The position numbers were made by a program, and so were the translations under genes. Below the pieces are notes generated by a model. The model saw only the letters and a list, made by a program, of their open reading frames with translations. It did not search any database and was not told the DNA's origin. A DNA stretch of 64,000 nucleotides from positions 1 through 64,000 of the IMG/VR virus record IMGVR_UViG_3300028603_000017; one strand, 5' to 3'. The DNA comes from a virus. Taxonomy: Duplodnaviria; Caudoviricetes. Numbering within the stretch: the stretch's first letter is position 1; each line of letters opens with the position of its first letter. Below, piece after piece: positions 38,538-48,605 of the stretch.

Positions 38538-40385
38538 TTATTGATCAGATACTACAGTATTTTCTTTATTAAACTCATTTAACATATCTACCATAGATGG
38601 GAAGTTAAACATAGCTTGACAATATTCCACTCCATTAACATGTCCAGCAGTAGCTAGGTTAATACCTTGCATACGTTGCGTATATTCGTCTACACCTTCT
38701 ACTCTACCTACTTCTAGTATGGTAGTTTCTTTAGACATGTTCAGAGTTGCACCACCGTTGGGGTAACTTGCTGATACATCCAAATCACCAGTGTGGACAT
38801 GGCAGTTACTACGAAGATTTGGAAATTCTTCAATACATTTAAGACCAGAATCTTGTATAAGGTGGGCAGGCAGTGTTATAATCCAACCCTTAAGATCTAA
38901 ACTCACCTTTGAGGCATTAGCCTCAGTCATTTCAAGTTCTTCTTCATCCTCATCGTCCTCATCTCCATTATCTTGTACATCGTCACTGTCTTTACCATCC
39001 CCTTTAGGAGGGGTAACGCCAATGACTTTACCTTTTTCTAAACAGAAGTAATGTAACTTATCTACCAAACGTCTAGGCTGACTGTTAAAATGCTGGAAAT
39101 CACTAAAGTCTGAGAACATAGGCATCGTCAATGCCATATCACCATTCTTTTCATCTAGCATTTCAACAGATATGCAGTCCCATACGTTATAGACCATATA
39201 TTCAATCTTGAATCTAGACTGCATCAATTGATGCCATTTTAGACCTGTTAGATGATCGGCTTCTTTAAAATGTAATTTACCACCTAGATTATTTCTTTTT
39301 AAAATAGCGTCTAAGCTATAAGACTGCTCTTCTTGTTTACCTGTTCTTACTTGCTTATAGACACACATGGCGTCTACAAAGTAAAAACTACTGGTACTAA
39401 ATACCGTATGCCATTGAGCTGCTGGCTTAATAGGTGTGATCTTACCTGAAGCCGTTACCTTTTGCTGAGCACCTTTTTTGTATCTGAAGTATCTATAGGA
39501 CTTAGGCACTATAGGGTCAGAGAAGATGTCTTTAGGATGGATATTGTAATTATCTAGCGTCTTTAGGATTTTAGACATATCGAAGTCAATATTCCAAAAT
39601 GCAAAGAAATCAGGCTTTAACTCATTAGCTTTAGCGGCTATGATTTTAACAATATCTAAAGGCGTATCTACTATTTTTAATTCATATTGAATATTTCTTT
39701 CTTTCAATATGTCTACATTAGTAGGAATTAACTCTTTTTTATTATCTGGATTAGGTCTGAGTAGCTCTGCATTAGAGAGATACTTTTTCATAGCTTTATC
39801 AAACTTTTCCTCTACCATTACCTCACCTTGAAGGTAGGATTTAAGGACAGCTATGGTCACTGATGATTTAAACGTAATGCTCATCATGATAATTTCTTCA
39901 CTACCATTGATGACATCGGTTTCAATATCTCCTACAGCGACAGTATATTTGGTTTTTAGATTAGGGTGTCTATCTGAGAGAGTCTTTTTTAGTAAAGCTG
40001 TAGACAGTATCTCAGAGCCATAAATATACGGAGATTCATACAGTTGCTTTAATTGACCTCTAAATCCAGGATTACCAATTGCTCTAGCAATAGATCTGGA
40101 TAGGTTAGATTGGGTAGTTTCATACTTGATGAGTTTATTGATATCTTCCCATTCTTTATGTTGCTTATATTGTCTAGCTCCTTTTTGAGCTATCCAAAAA
40201 GGTCTTTTGTAGTTATAGACTAATTTAACTTCTGGTGTAATTGTACCATCAGCATTATGGGTCTGTAATTTAACCAGATGCATATCAGGCTCATTATGCT
40301 CTGGTGGATCTACATGTACTGCAAACCTACACTCGAAACCTGTAGGCGGTTTGTTAGTTTCTTCACTCAAAGGTAGGATCTCCAA
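38538..40385 (-). CDS. Family B DNA polymerase, exonuclease-containing subunit (phiKZ gp82-like split polymerase)
   Basis: ExoI GDIETD, ExoII FWNIDFD, SYSLDAI, ExoIII YNVWD and polymerase motif A DLDVSASYPN. No motif B or C. Confidence 0.85.
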   Translation of the reverse strand: MEILPLSEETNKPPTGFECRFAVHVDPPEHNEPDMHLVKLQTHNADGTITPEVKLVYNYKRPFWIAQKGARQYKQHKEWEDINKLIKYETTQSNLSRSIARAIGNPGFRGQLKQLYESPYIYGSEILSTALLKKTLSDRHPNLKTKYTVAVGDIETDVINGSEEIIMMSITFKSSVTIAVLKSYLQGEVMVEEKFDKAMKKYLSNAELLRPNPDNKKELIPTNVDILKERNIQYELKIVDTPLDIVKIIAAKANELKPDFFAFWNIDFDMSKILKTLDNYNIHPKDIFSDPIVPKSYRYFRYKKGAQQKVTASGKITPIKPAAQWHTVFSTSSFYFVDAMCVYKQVRTGKQEEQSYSLDAILKRNNLGGKLHFKEADHLTGLKWHQLMQSRFKIEYMVYNVWDCISVEMLDEKNGDMALTMPMFSDFSDFQHFNSQPRRLVDKLHYFCLEKGKVIGVTPPKGDGKDSDDVQDNGDEDDEDEEELEMTEANASKVSLDLKGWIITLPAHLIQDSGLKCIEEFPNLRSNCHVHTGDLDVSASYPNGGATLNMSKETTILEVGRVEGVDEYTQRMQGINLATAGHVNGVEYCQAMFNFPSMVDMLNEFNKENTVVSDQ

Positions 40386-40401
40386 TCATTTGAATCGAAT
40401 A

Positions 40402-40421
40402 CAGACATACCAATATGTCTG
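40402..40421. promoter_or_regulatory. Minimal CATA/TATG palindrome H15 between divergent genes; candidate divergent promoter
   Basis: cagacata-ccaa-tatgtctg lies between the polymerase (-) and head gene (+) starts. Confidence 0.5.
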
Positions 40422-40446
40422 ATTAATACTTTTTGCAATAAAGACC

Positions 40447-41757
40447 ATGAATACAATGAAAAAAAGGTTAGGATTGGAAGCTATTGCCTTTCAGTCTAAG
40501 AATTTCGGTAAAGAACTAGAATTAAATATTGAAGTTTTAAGAGCACAAAACCTAACGATTGATCAAGCCAATAAATCTAAATATAGAAAGAATTTAGATG
40601 ATACCATAAGGAAATATACCAATTTGAATATTTATATTTATTTTGTTCCTTATGACGAAAATACAATTAATGTAAATATTCTTAATATTAATTCTGGTAT
40701 TAATGGCACTGGCGTTGATGTCACTGAAAAAGAATTGGCTAATTTTGGTGAATATGTAAAGAAGCGTGGAAAACAAGCGAAATTTTCAGCTAATTTAAAA
40801 ACTGGTAAAGTAGATGGTTTCTATAGTCAAGTCCAGCAACCTATGGTGTTGGACTATAATGGGTTTGTTAACAATCCTAGATATACGCCAGCTGAAGTCG
40901 TATCTACTATTTTACACGAAGTAGGTCATGCGTTTACCCAGCTTGAATACAGCAATAGAATCGTATCCACAAACCAAGCATTAGCTGCAATATTCTATTC
41001 CATATCTAAAGATAATCCGCCTGATAAACATCTTGGCTATCTAAGGTCAGCTAGTACAGTTATGGGATTAAATCCATCAGCTTTGGACGATATCGTAGAT
41101 GTAAAGAATAATACAATTATATCGTCCATTATTGTTGATAGAGGGATATTAAATATCAAAAGTGAGTTAGGTACTCATTTTTATGATTCTGTCAGTATTG
41201 AATATTTAGCTGATCAATATATGGCTAGGTATGGTTATAGTGCACATTTTGCTAGTCGCCTAAATAAACACTATCAAGGCAGTACCCATAAATCTGCTTT
41301 GACTAGAACAGTTGCAAGACTATTAGAACTCATTGGTGCTTTAATTGTTGGTTTTACTGCTTTAGGTATATTTACAATAAGTGCTATTGCGGCTTTTATC
41401 TACCTTGGTGCAGTTACAGCTATGCTAATAGCTGGTGAAGGTATTAGTATAAAACGAATGACATATGACAATATTATCGTTCGTTATAAAAGGCTCAATG
41501 AACAGGTTATTGAAAGACTAAAGAACAATAAACTAGCTAAAGAAGAAGTAAAACAACTAATAGCTGATTATAACAAAGTCAAAGAAATCATTGAAAAAAC
41601 CAAAGACTTTAAACCAATCTATCAAAAAGTATTTGATTTCATGATTAAGACAAGGCGAGACGGTATAGCCGCTATGCAGCTACAAAGAGAATTAGAAGAA
41701 TTAGCGTCTAGTGATTTATTTGTTAAATCCGCTCAACTAAAGGTATTAGCATCATGA
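40447..41757 (+). CDS. Virion head protein with HExxH zinc-peptidase motif and hydrophobic helical hairpin
   Basis: GLE/AIAFQ processing-like N-terminus, ILHEVGHAF, EYLADQYM..YG, and a long hydrophobic stretch LIGALIVGFTALGIF...LIAG. Follows the polymerase as in phiKZ-like phages. Confidence 0.75.
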   Translation: MNTMKKRLGLEAIAFQSKNFGKELELNIEVLRAQNLTIDQANKSKYRKNLDDTIRKYTNLNIYIYFVPYDENTINVNILNINSGINGTGVDVTEKELANFGEYVKKRGKQAKFSANLKTGKVDGFYSQVQQPMVLDYNGFVNNPRYTPAEVVSTILHEVGHAFTQLEYSNRIVSTNQALAAIFYSISKDNPPDKHLGYLRSASTVMGLNPSALDDIVDVKNNTIISSIIVDRGILNIKSELGTHFYDSVSIEYLADQYMARYGYSAHFASRLNKHYQGSTHKSALTRTVARLLELIGALIVGFTALGIFTISAIAAFIYLGAVTAMLIAGEGISIKRMTYDNIIVRYKRLNEQVIERLKNNKLAKEEVKQLIADYNKVKEIIEKTKDFKPIYQKVFDFMIKTRRDGIAAMQLQRELEELASSDLFVKSAQLKVLAS

Positions 41758-42224
41758 GACATATTGCTAAATTCTCAGATAAAACCAAAGAGCAGTTAGC
41801 CAGCTTGCTATCTGTAGATCCAAAACTCATCCATATTGCTTTAGGTAAGTATTTGGCTGACACTATGGCAATGCCTACAGCTCCTATTGAAAATATAGCT
41901 GAGCTATATAAAGCATCGTTTCAAACAGCTAATTATGATACATTAGTTTATATAGCTGAAATATTACCTATTGATTTTAAAGCAGTAGATGAAAAAGCTG
42001 AAATCTTTTGGAAAGATAAATATCGAATGCTCTACGATATTTATTATAAAATACCTACTGCTCAAGATCATTATGGTTTATTCTTTGGTATTACCAATAA
42101 GAATATCTCTGTAGAGGAATTACAATTTATCAAAGAACATGCTTTAGATCTGTGTAGAATCTACAATAAGTTCTTTGATATTGTAACAGATATTAAAAAC
42201 CGAATTATTGAGGCTAGAAAATAA
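41754..42224 (+). CDS. Putative virion (head) protein
   Basis: Position in conserved virion block; 156 aa. Confidence 0.55.
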   Translation: MRHIAKFSDKTKEQLASLLSVDPKLIHIALGKYLADTMAMPTAPIENIAELYKASFQTANYDTLVYIAEILPIDFKAVDEKAEIFWKDKYRMLYDIYYKIPTAQDHYGLFFGITNKNISVEELQFIKEHALDLCRIYNKFFDIVTDIKNRIIEARK

Positions 42225-44311
42225 TGAACCTGAATGCAGATGCTGGTGAGAACATTACGTTTGATCATTTGTTTAATGAAAATCCAGATCAATTGGATCT
42301 GGTAGACAATACGGATCAAATCAATCCTAAGCAGCCTAATAAAGATACTTTAGTTATCGTTAATACAGATGGCCAGTCAGATCCTGCGAAACCTACAGCA
42401 ACAGAGCTTTTTGGTAGTCCTTTAGTTAAAAACGAATTACCTAACTTTAATGCTGAATTTATTGATGTTACTAAAAACAACTACAATACAACAACGGATC
42501 TCATTGAAGTTTATAATGGCTTAATTCAAGCCAATGGAGTATCTAAAGAAGATATTTCATTAGTAGATTCTATCTCTCCTGGTTTTATCAATGATAAAAA
42601 TCCTATTGGTTTTTATACAGAAGAAAGATCTAAAACTCAATATAAGAAAGCTTTAGAATCTTTAGATAAAGAAATAGATGCTAGGATTGGCATTATTGCT
42701 CAAGCATCTATTGATTATCTAGATAAAGCTCATGAAAAGTATTCAGCTTTAATTTCTTTATTGGAAAAAGACATTATTGATAAAGTTGTTTCTTTACAGC
42801 TAGAGGTACAAGCTTTATCTCTTAAAGTCAATAAAGAAGATAAACATATCAATGAAACATTAGAATCTACTGTAGGTAGATACGTTGATCAAGACTGTGA
42901 TTATTATAAAAAGCTACCGTCCAACATTAATAAAGCGATGATGGAGCTATCTAACGTCTTTGGTCCAGGAGACTCTTTCCTATACAAACTATCAGCTTTG
43001 TATCGCTCTCAGCTAAATACTGATAGTGAGACTTGGTTTACAATAGGTGATAGTAGGGAATTAACTTCTGTCCATAAAGAGCGTCCTTATTTTGGTTTAG
43101 TACAAACCGATAAGACACATGGTTGTGAAGACGCTATTCATAGTCTACATATCCACACAACACTAGCTATTGGTGCTGATACATTAGATCAGATAAAGAC
43201 GTTAACTGGTGCAGCTATTGGTGTCGTTACTGACTTTCCTACGTATAAGGAACAAATTAAACTCTTATCTAGCTCTGCTGATAAACCTAAAGATAAGATT
43301 TTAGAAGAACTCTATGGTCTTAGTTCAGCTAACTCTAAAGACGCTTTAGTTGTTCTAACTATTGTAAACTTCTTAGAAACCTTTATCTGCTATCTAGAGA
43401 AACTAAAAGCTGTTTACTCTGCTATTTCTGATCGTAAAAGTATTTCGACAGAAAGTAGAAAAGAAAAATATAAAGTATCTAAAGAAGGTTTCTTTGATCT
43501 CTTCAAGAAAAAGAAGAAAGAAGAACCTAAAGATAAGTCTTTAAAAGAAATTATAAAAGATAATATTAAACAAGTAGAAGATAACACTGAGGATCAAATA
43601 AAAGTAACTTATAATAAGTTAAATGATTCTTTCAAACTTGATCAATTAGAAAAAGAATTACTCTTATTGAAGAAATGTAGAGATATTAATTTAAAATATT
43701 TAAACGAATATCCGAAATGGTTAAATTCGTATTATAAAGTGTTATCTAAAATACCACGTAATAGAGATGAGATTTTAAAGATATATGCAAAATGTCGTTT
43801 TGAAGCAGATTCTTTAATTTCTAAAGAATATAAAACACTGCCAAATCTGAAAAAAGAAGTTACTAATAATGAAAAAATAGTTACTTCTAAGAATAATGTC
43901 TTTAAGATAATTTTGTCTGCGTCAGCTCTTGAGACAGCCAGAGAAGCAATGAGCTTTGATGAATATGATTTTGTTAGTATTCCTTATGTTCAAATAAAGA
44001 TCTTATCTGAAGACAAACCTGAAGAAACAAGCATTCAAATAAATAAGAAGAACCTTTTAGATATATTAAACACATTACATGAACTATGTGACGTTGAGCA
44101 GGAATTTAATGAAACTCCTCTTAAAAATAATATAAGTGATGTCGCTTTTGATCTACAGGAGTTATCTGAAGATTCGCGAGACGATGAAGAATATGTGACT
44201 ATGGGACATGGGGCTGGTGAAGATTACTATCAAGGCTTTCCTACTAATATCTTATTTGAAATTGAACGCACAATAGAAACTTTGTTTAAGAAAATAAACA
44301 TCAAATTCTAA
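42224..44311 (+). CDS. Putative internal head protein, two-part
   Basis: FYTEERSKTQY motif. Internal ISTE/S and VSKE/GFFDLFKKK protease-like sites separate the two domains. Confidence 0.65.
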   Translation: MNLNADAGENITFDHLFNENPDQLDLVDNTDQINPKQPNKDTLVIVNTDGQSDPAKPTATELFGSPLVKNELPNFNAEFIDVTKNNYNTTTDLIEVYNGLIQANGVSKEDISLVDSISPGFINDKNPIGFYTEERSKTQYKKALESLDKEIDARIGIIAQASIDYLDKAHEKYSALISLLEKDIIDKVVSLQLEVQALSLKVNKEDKHINETLESTVGRYVDQDCDYYKKLPSNINKAMMELSNVFGPGDSFLYKLSALYRSQLNTDSETWFTIGDSRELTSVHKERPYFGLVQTDKTHGCEDAIHSLHIHTTLAIGADTLDQIKTLTGAAIGVVTDFPTYKEQIKLLSSSADKPKDKILEELYGLSSANSKDALVVLTIVNFLETFICYLEKLKAVYSAISDRKSISTESRKEKYKVSKEGFFDLFKKKKKEEPKDKSLKEIIKDNIKQVEDNTEDQIKVTYNKLNDSFKLDQLEKELLLLKKCRDINLKYLNEYPKWLNSYYKVLSKIPRNRDEILKIYAKCRFEADSLISKEYKTLPNLKKEVTNNEKIVTSKNNVFKIILSASALETAREAMSFDEYDFVSIPYVQIKILSEDKPEETSIQINKKNLLDILNTLHELCDVEQEFNETPLKNNISDVAFDLQELSEDSRDDEEYVTMGHGAGEDYYQGFPTNILFEIERTIETLFKKINIKF

Positions 44312-44420
44312 TTACGTTACTGATTCAACTGAAAATATATATAGATTTATACAAGAATATAACATAAGACAGTTTTCTGCTGTTTTAGACTTTGTTAAAG
44401 CATCTATGCGACAACATTAA
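44298..44420 (+). pseudogene. Orphan C-terminus of an internal-head-protein paralog
   Basis: +1 frame reads NYVTDSTENIYRFIQEYNIRQFSAVLDFVKASMRQH*; compare YSNRFTKAMISYAGQSIKQYQ* (52994 end). Confidence 0.6.
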
Positions 44421-44482
44421 ATAAATACATCATACACTCTAGATAGGGTTAAACCCTATCTAGAGTGTATGATGTATTTATT
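44420..44482. terminator. Long palindrome H16 between convergent genes
   Basis: 31-bp stem aataaatacatcatacactctagatagggtt-a-aaccc...; 25-nt core identical to H9. Confidence 0.85.
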
Positions 44483-47433
44483 TAAGCACCTACAAATTGA
44501 TCACCCAAATTGTGTTCAATGAAATTGATGTTGATATCCTCAACTACAATTCTATCACCGTTAGGTAGAGCAGTTAGCTTCTTACCAATAGAGAGTCTAT
44601 CACCCTCATTAAGAATCGTGATAGTATTGATGTTAGCAGATCCACCTAATCCAGTAATAGCTACACTAATTACATCTTCACCATAAATGGATCTTAGGTG
44701 TGTAATAATAGCGCTATTGCTAACAACGTTATTGACTAAGAGATTATCTATTTCTCTGATAGTAGAATCATTCAAGTATTTTCTGAGTTCAGCATTTTCA
44801 TATACTGACTTTTTGACATACAGATGAACATTAAAGACTTGATTGGCTTGAATGTTCATCACTTGTGATTGATCAGCTAAAACCTTAATCGTGCCTAGAT
44901 TGGTCTTAGGATACAAATAGATTCTGGTCTGATCTAATGATCTTTGATTAAAATCACCTAGTTCATTAACTACCCAGTTGACAATAGCGTCCGTCATTTG
45001 TTTTCTATAAGTAGCAGCAGAGCTATCGTTAGCTAACAAATAAACACCGTCAATAAAGAATAGTTCCATTTGCCTTAGGATACTGGATCCACCCAAAGGT
45101 ACAGGTTTACCATTTTCATCTAAAACAACATCACCAGCTTTATGTTTGTATTCTATTAAACCATCTTGACCAATAACAGGCTCACCCTTGTGGTACAAGA
45201 TATTGTAAGTGATTTGACCTAATTCATTAATTTTAAAAATAGAACCAGTCTCAGGATCTGTTTCATAGATATCGTTTTCATATACCTTAGGCTCATCCAT
45301 GGTATAAGTCTGGTATTGAGCAGATTGTAATACAGATCTAGATCTTTTCCACAGATAATCTAAACTGGTACCAAACTTAGTCAATAGAGTCTCATGGTTT
45401 AACCCTACTGCTGTACTGGGAGCTGTTACTCTATTGATCACATCATCAATAGCTGTCGTAGACCAATTAGGATCTAAGGATTCATCTAGATAATAAACAA
45501 TATCAAACCTTTGATTCAAAAGAGCGTATACGCTTCTGTCATCAGTATCGAAATAGTTAAAATTTAGAAACTGTAAATTATGATCAGCGTCAATATCAAA
45601 ATTTGATTGTAAATCAAATTCAAAGATAATCTCATTATCAGCAGCAGCAATAGCGGTGCCATTAATAGAGCATCTAACACCATTTTCAGGTATAAAAGAT
45701 ATCTGTGCGCCTACTTTACTCATAGGTAAAGCTTTCAGAGCATCATTGCTCTTTATCTTTGTTCTGATCTTAAAACCAGTATCAACTCTGATAATGTCAA
45801 AAGCTGACGTATTGATCTCTAAACCCGTACTGTCATTTTGATCCACGAAAGTCAAAGACTCAATCTTAGGATCATCTAAATGATAAGCTCTTAATTCAAA
45901 TTCATTACTGCTAGAGTCTAGTACGTAATAAAATGGATTATAAAGATACTTAACACCACTAACAGCTTTGACAAAAGCTTCATTGGATAAAACCATCAAA
46001 GATGATTTATCCTGAAGAGACAGTAAATTAATAATACCGTTTTCATTAACGAATAGAGTATTAGACGGAATAGTCAGTCTATTGCCGTTATTTCTAATGA
46101 AAGGATAATTCGTTAATGCATCCATAGATGAGATAAAGGTTTCAATACTAGAGTTACCAGCAGTAATGAGCTTTTCATCAAATGGGTCAGGCATTTGCCT
46201 GGTAGCTAAATAGATACGGTTAGTCACCACATCTACATTCTTAACAATAGAGTAGTTATTATTGCTTAAAAATGACTCTAGCTGTACATTGGTAATAGGT
46301 AGCTGTTGTGGACCAATGCTATTTTTAATGACTCTATCTCTGAGCTCATCAAATGTTAAAGCATTTCTGCCACCATCAATCATTTCAGCAGAATAAGCAA
46401 ATATCGTACGAATAGCTGACAGTGGTGCAGTAAATGCATTCATCTCAGATCTATCAATAGCGTACCATTCAGTGACAAAACTCTCTGGTGTATAAGTCGC
46501 TAAAGATATAACCAATCTACCTTTGGTATCGTAAATATCTGTTCTGATAGAACCGGTGATTTGATTGGTGGTAAAATAAACCTGAGGAATATAGACATTC
46601 AAAGTCTTTTCAGAGCTATTGACCTTCAGTACTGCTGTAGGTGTTTTGTTGTCATAAACCTGATCAGTGTGAGTCGTCTTTATTTCTTTCCACTTATTAG
46701 CAGTAGAGTTAGACTTATTCCATACTCTGGCATAATAAAATTCGTCTGTATAACTGTACGTTCTATTAAACCCACGAGTTACAGTAGTTTCTTCTGTGAA
46801 GGTTTCAATCTTGAATTGTTCAGCATGTACTTCAAGATATAACCATTCATCATATCCAGCAGGATACAGATCAGATGCTATTTTTCTAACATCCCACTTG
46901 ATAATGTTAGTCGTTAGTTCTTTTAAGGGATTGGTTTGGTCTGTATTGTAAACGATTTGTAGACCACCGTGCTTTAGCTCTCGTATCTCTACAGGGTAGA
47001 GCATTGAAAAAACAATATCGTTAACTGTAAAGAAAGTATTTCTAGGAATAACCAGTTTTCTGATACCTGTAGAAATATCAGTTACCATATTCTCTAGTAT
47101 TTCTGCTTTTCTAGCTACAATGGTAAACTTAGTACTAGCAGGTACTGCAAACCTATCGATAAAGTCTTCATCACTCATGTGAATATAGATATCGTCTTCA
47201 GTTTGAGCTACAGCAGGATATTGTCTTCTGGTATTGACTTCATTTTGTACCATAAATGCTGCTGTATGGACAGCAGCATTTTCTAAACTGAATACAAAAG
47301 GATTGGTAGCATCAACGAGTTCTACTTCACCATTTAATATAGCGCCCAAGTGTTCAGTAACAACTTGCTGAATGGCACTAGGGTTATATCTAAATCTTAA
47401 TATATTGTCTTTTAAACTATTGACAGTACTCAC
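44482..47433 (-). CDS. Baseplate wedge-like virion protein (phiKZ gp87-like)
   Basis: 983 aa. DATNPFVF.LE, YP..AQT.DD.Y.HMSD and GGRNAL.FDELRDRVI (gp6/J-type motif). Synteny. Confidence 0.7.
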   Translation of the reverse strand: MSTVNSLKDNILRFRYNPSAIQQVVTEHLGAILNGEVELVDATNPFVFSLENAAVHTAAFMVQNEVNTRRQYPAVAQTEDDIYIHMSDEDFIDRFAVPASTKFTIVARKAEILENMVTDISTGIRKLVIPRNTFFTVNDIVFSMLYPVEIRELKHGGLQIVYNTDQTNPLKELTTNIIKWDVRKIASDLYPAGYDEWLYLEVHAEQFKIETFTEETTVTRGFNRTYSYTDEFYYARVWNKSNSTANKWKEIKTTHTDQVYDNKTPTAVLKVNSSEKTLNVYIPQVYFTTNQITGSIRTDIYDTKGRLVISLATYTPESFVTEWYAIDRSEMNAFTAPLSAIRTIFAYSAEMIDGGRNALTFDELRDRVIKNSIGPQQLPITNVQLESFLSNNNYSIVKNVDVVTNRIYLATRQMPDPFDEKLITAGNSSIETFISSMDALTNYPFIRNNGNRLTIPSNTLFVNENGIINLLSLQDKSSLMVLSNEAFVKAVSGVKYLYNPFYYVLDSSSNEFELRAYHLDDPKIESLTFVDQNDSTGLEINTSAFDIIRVDTGFKIRTKIKSNDALKALPMSKVGAQISFIPENGVRCSINGTAIAAADNEIIFEFDLQSNFDIDADHNLQFLNFNYFDTDDRSVYALLNQRFDIVYYLDESLDPNWSTTAIDDVINRVTAPSTAVGLNHETLLTKFGTSLDYLWKRSRSVLQSAQYQTYTMDEPKVYENDIYETDPETGSIFKINELGQITYNILYHKGEPVIGQDGLIEYKHKAGDVVLDENGKPVPLGGSSILRQMELFFIDGVYLLANDSSAATYRKQMTDAIVNWVVNELGDFNQRSLDQTRIYLYPKTNLGTIKVLADQSQVMNIQANQVFNVHLYVKKSVYENAELRKYLNDSTIREIDNLLVNNVVSNSAIITHLRSIYGEDVISVAITGLGGSANINTITILNEGDRLSIGKKLTALPNGDRIVVEDININFIEHNLGDQFVGA

Positions 47434-47453
47434 GATATTTATCCAAACATTAT

Positions 47454-48566
47454 TTAAGCAAATGTATCATCGATGATTGATGTACCTAAGGCTGCCATAG
47501 CTTGATCGAATTGAGCTTTCTTTGTGTTATAATGATCAATTTCAATCCACCACTGTAATTCATAGCTCTCAGGATTTATTCTAGGATAACCTCTGTTATT
47601 AAAGAGTTTCAAATATTCATACGGAATAGCTATCATCAAGGAGTCTCTGCGATCATCCCGCATAGCTGTGTTAAAGGTAGATACCAGTTTGTTAAATGCC
47701 CAAACTAAAATATCGTCATTATAAATAGCACCATAGCACTTAAATGGTATAGCTATTTGTGCATTTACATCATTATAAGGTTTTTCAGAATTGAAGTCAA
47801 ACTTACCAGCTATTGGATCCGCTATTGGAAAAGCAGCACCAGTAGCCGCAATGCTCTGAACATATCTTTTTGATGAATCTAATACCAGTCTATAAATACG
47901 GGTATTATAGTCAATAACATTACCAACAATATAATCAGGATAGGGTAGCAGTGTTCCTTCAAAGACCGCAGCCATATAGTGAGCCCAATAAAAGAACATA
48001 GAAGTAATGGGATCACCTCTTAAATTCCTGAAAGTCGCAGTGATATCGTATGATGTGTAATTTTTGACCACACCATCTACCATACCCCATTCTTCTTTAT
48101 ACATACCAGCTTCTGATCCTGAAGTAGGTACAGTAATATCTGGCCAACCACTCATGCTAATTAAGTTATTAGTGAGTAATGGTAAAAATGGGTTTTTCAT
48201 GTCTGTAAAAGGACATGCTTCTGGACCTAATCTTCTTGTCTCAGGATTTTTAGTACTGTACCCATCCATGATCCTAGGATCTAATTGGGTGCGTATATAT
48301 CTTTGGTATGACTTGGTATCTGCCGCTAATAACGGAATCATGATCCGCTCATTTCTAAGATTGGCAGTCGTCAGGTTAAGCTGTGGTCTGGTAAAGAATG
48401 TTAACCCGTATTGATCTTTATTAATTGGCACAGCAGATGCAATCTGCCTGTGATTTATGCCGTATAAATTGTCTATAATAGCACGAGACATGGTGCTACC
48501 CAAATTCATTTGGGTAATGTCATCAATGCTAAATGGAACTAACGGCTGACCGTCTTCGACACTCAT
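47454..48566 (-). CDS. Virion structural protein (phiKZ gp88-like, tail/baseplate)
   Basis: GLTFFTRPQLNL, SGWPD, IDYNTRIYRLVLD; synteny. Confidence 0.65.
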   Translation of the reverse strand: MSVEDGQPLVPFSIDDITQMNLGSTMSRAIIDNLYGINHRQIASAVPINKDQYGLTFFTRPQLNLTTANLRNERIMIPLLAADTKSYQRYIRTQLDPRIMDGYSTKNPETRRLGPEACPFTDMKNPFLPLLTNNLISMSGWPDITVPTSGSEAGMYKEEWGMVDGVVKNYTSYDITATFRNLRGDPITSMFFYWAHYMAAVFEGTLLPYPDYIVGNVIDYNTRIYRLVLDSSKRYVQSIAATGAAFPIADPIAGKFDFNSEKPYNDVNAQIAIPFKCYGAIYNDDILVWAFNKLVSTFNTAMRDDRRDSLMIAIPYEYLKLFNNRGYPRINPESYELQWWIEIDHYNTKKAQFDQAMAALGTSIIDDTFA

Positions 48567-48605
48567 TTTGAATAAAACCTTTTTTTTTCTGCTACAGGAA
48601 TAACT

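Noticed and set aside
38920-39010. Intein or intron in the DNA polymerase subunit
   Set aside because: The insert is a short acidic low-complexity loop with no splicing or endonuclease motifs.
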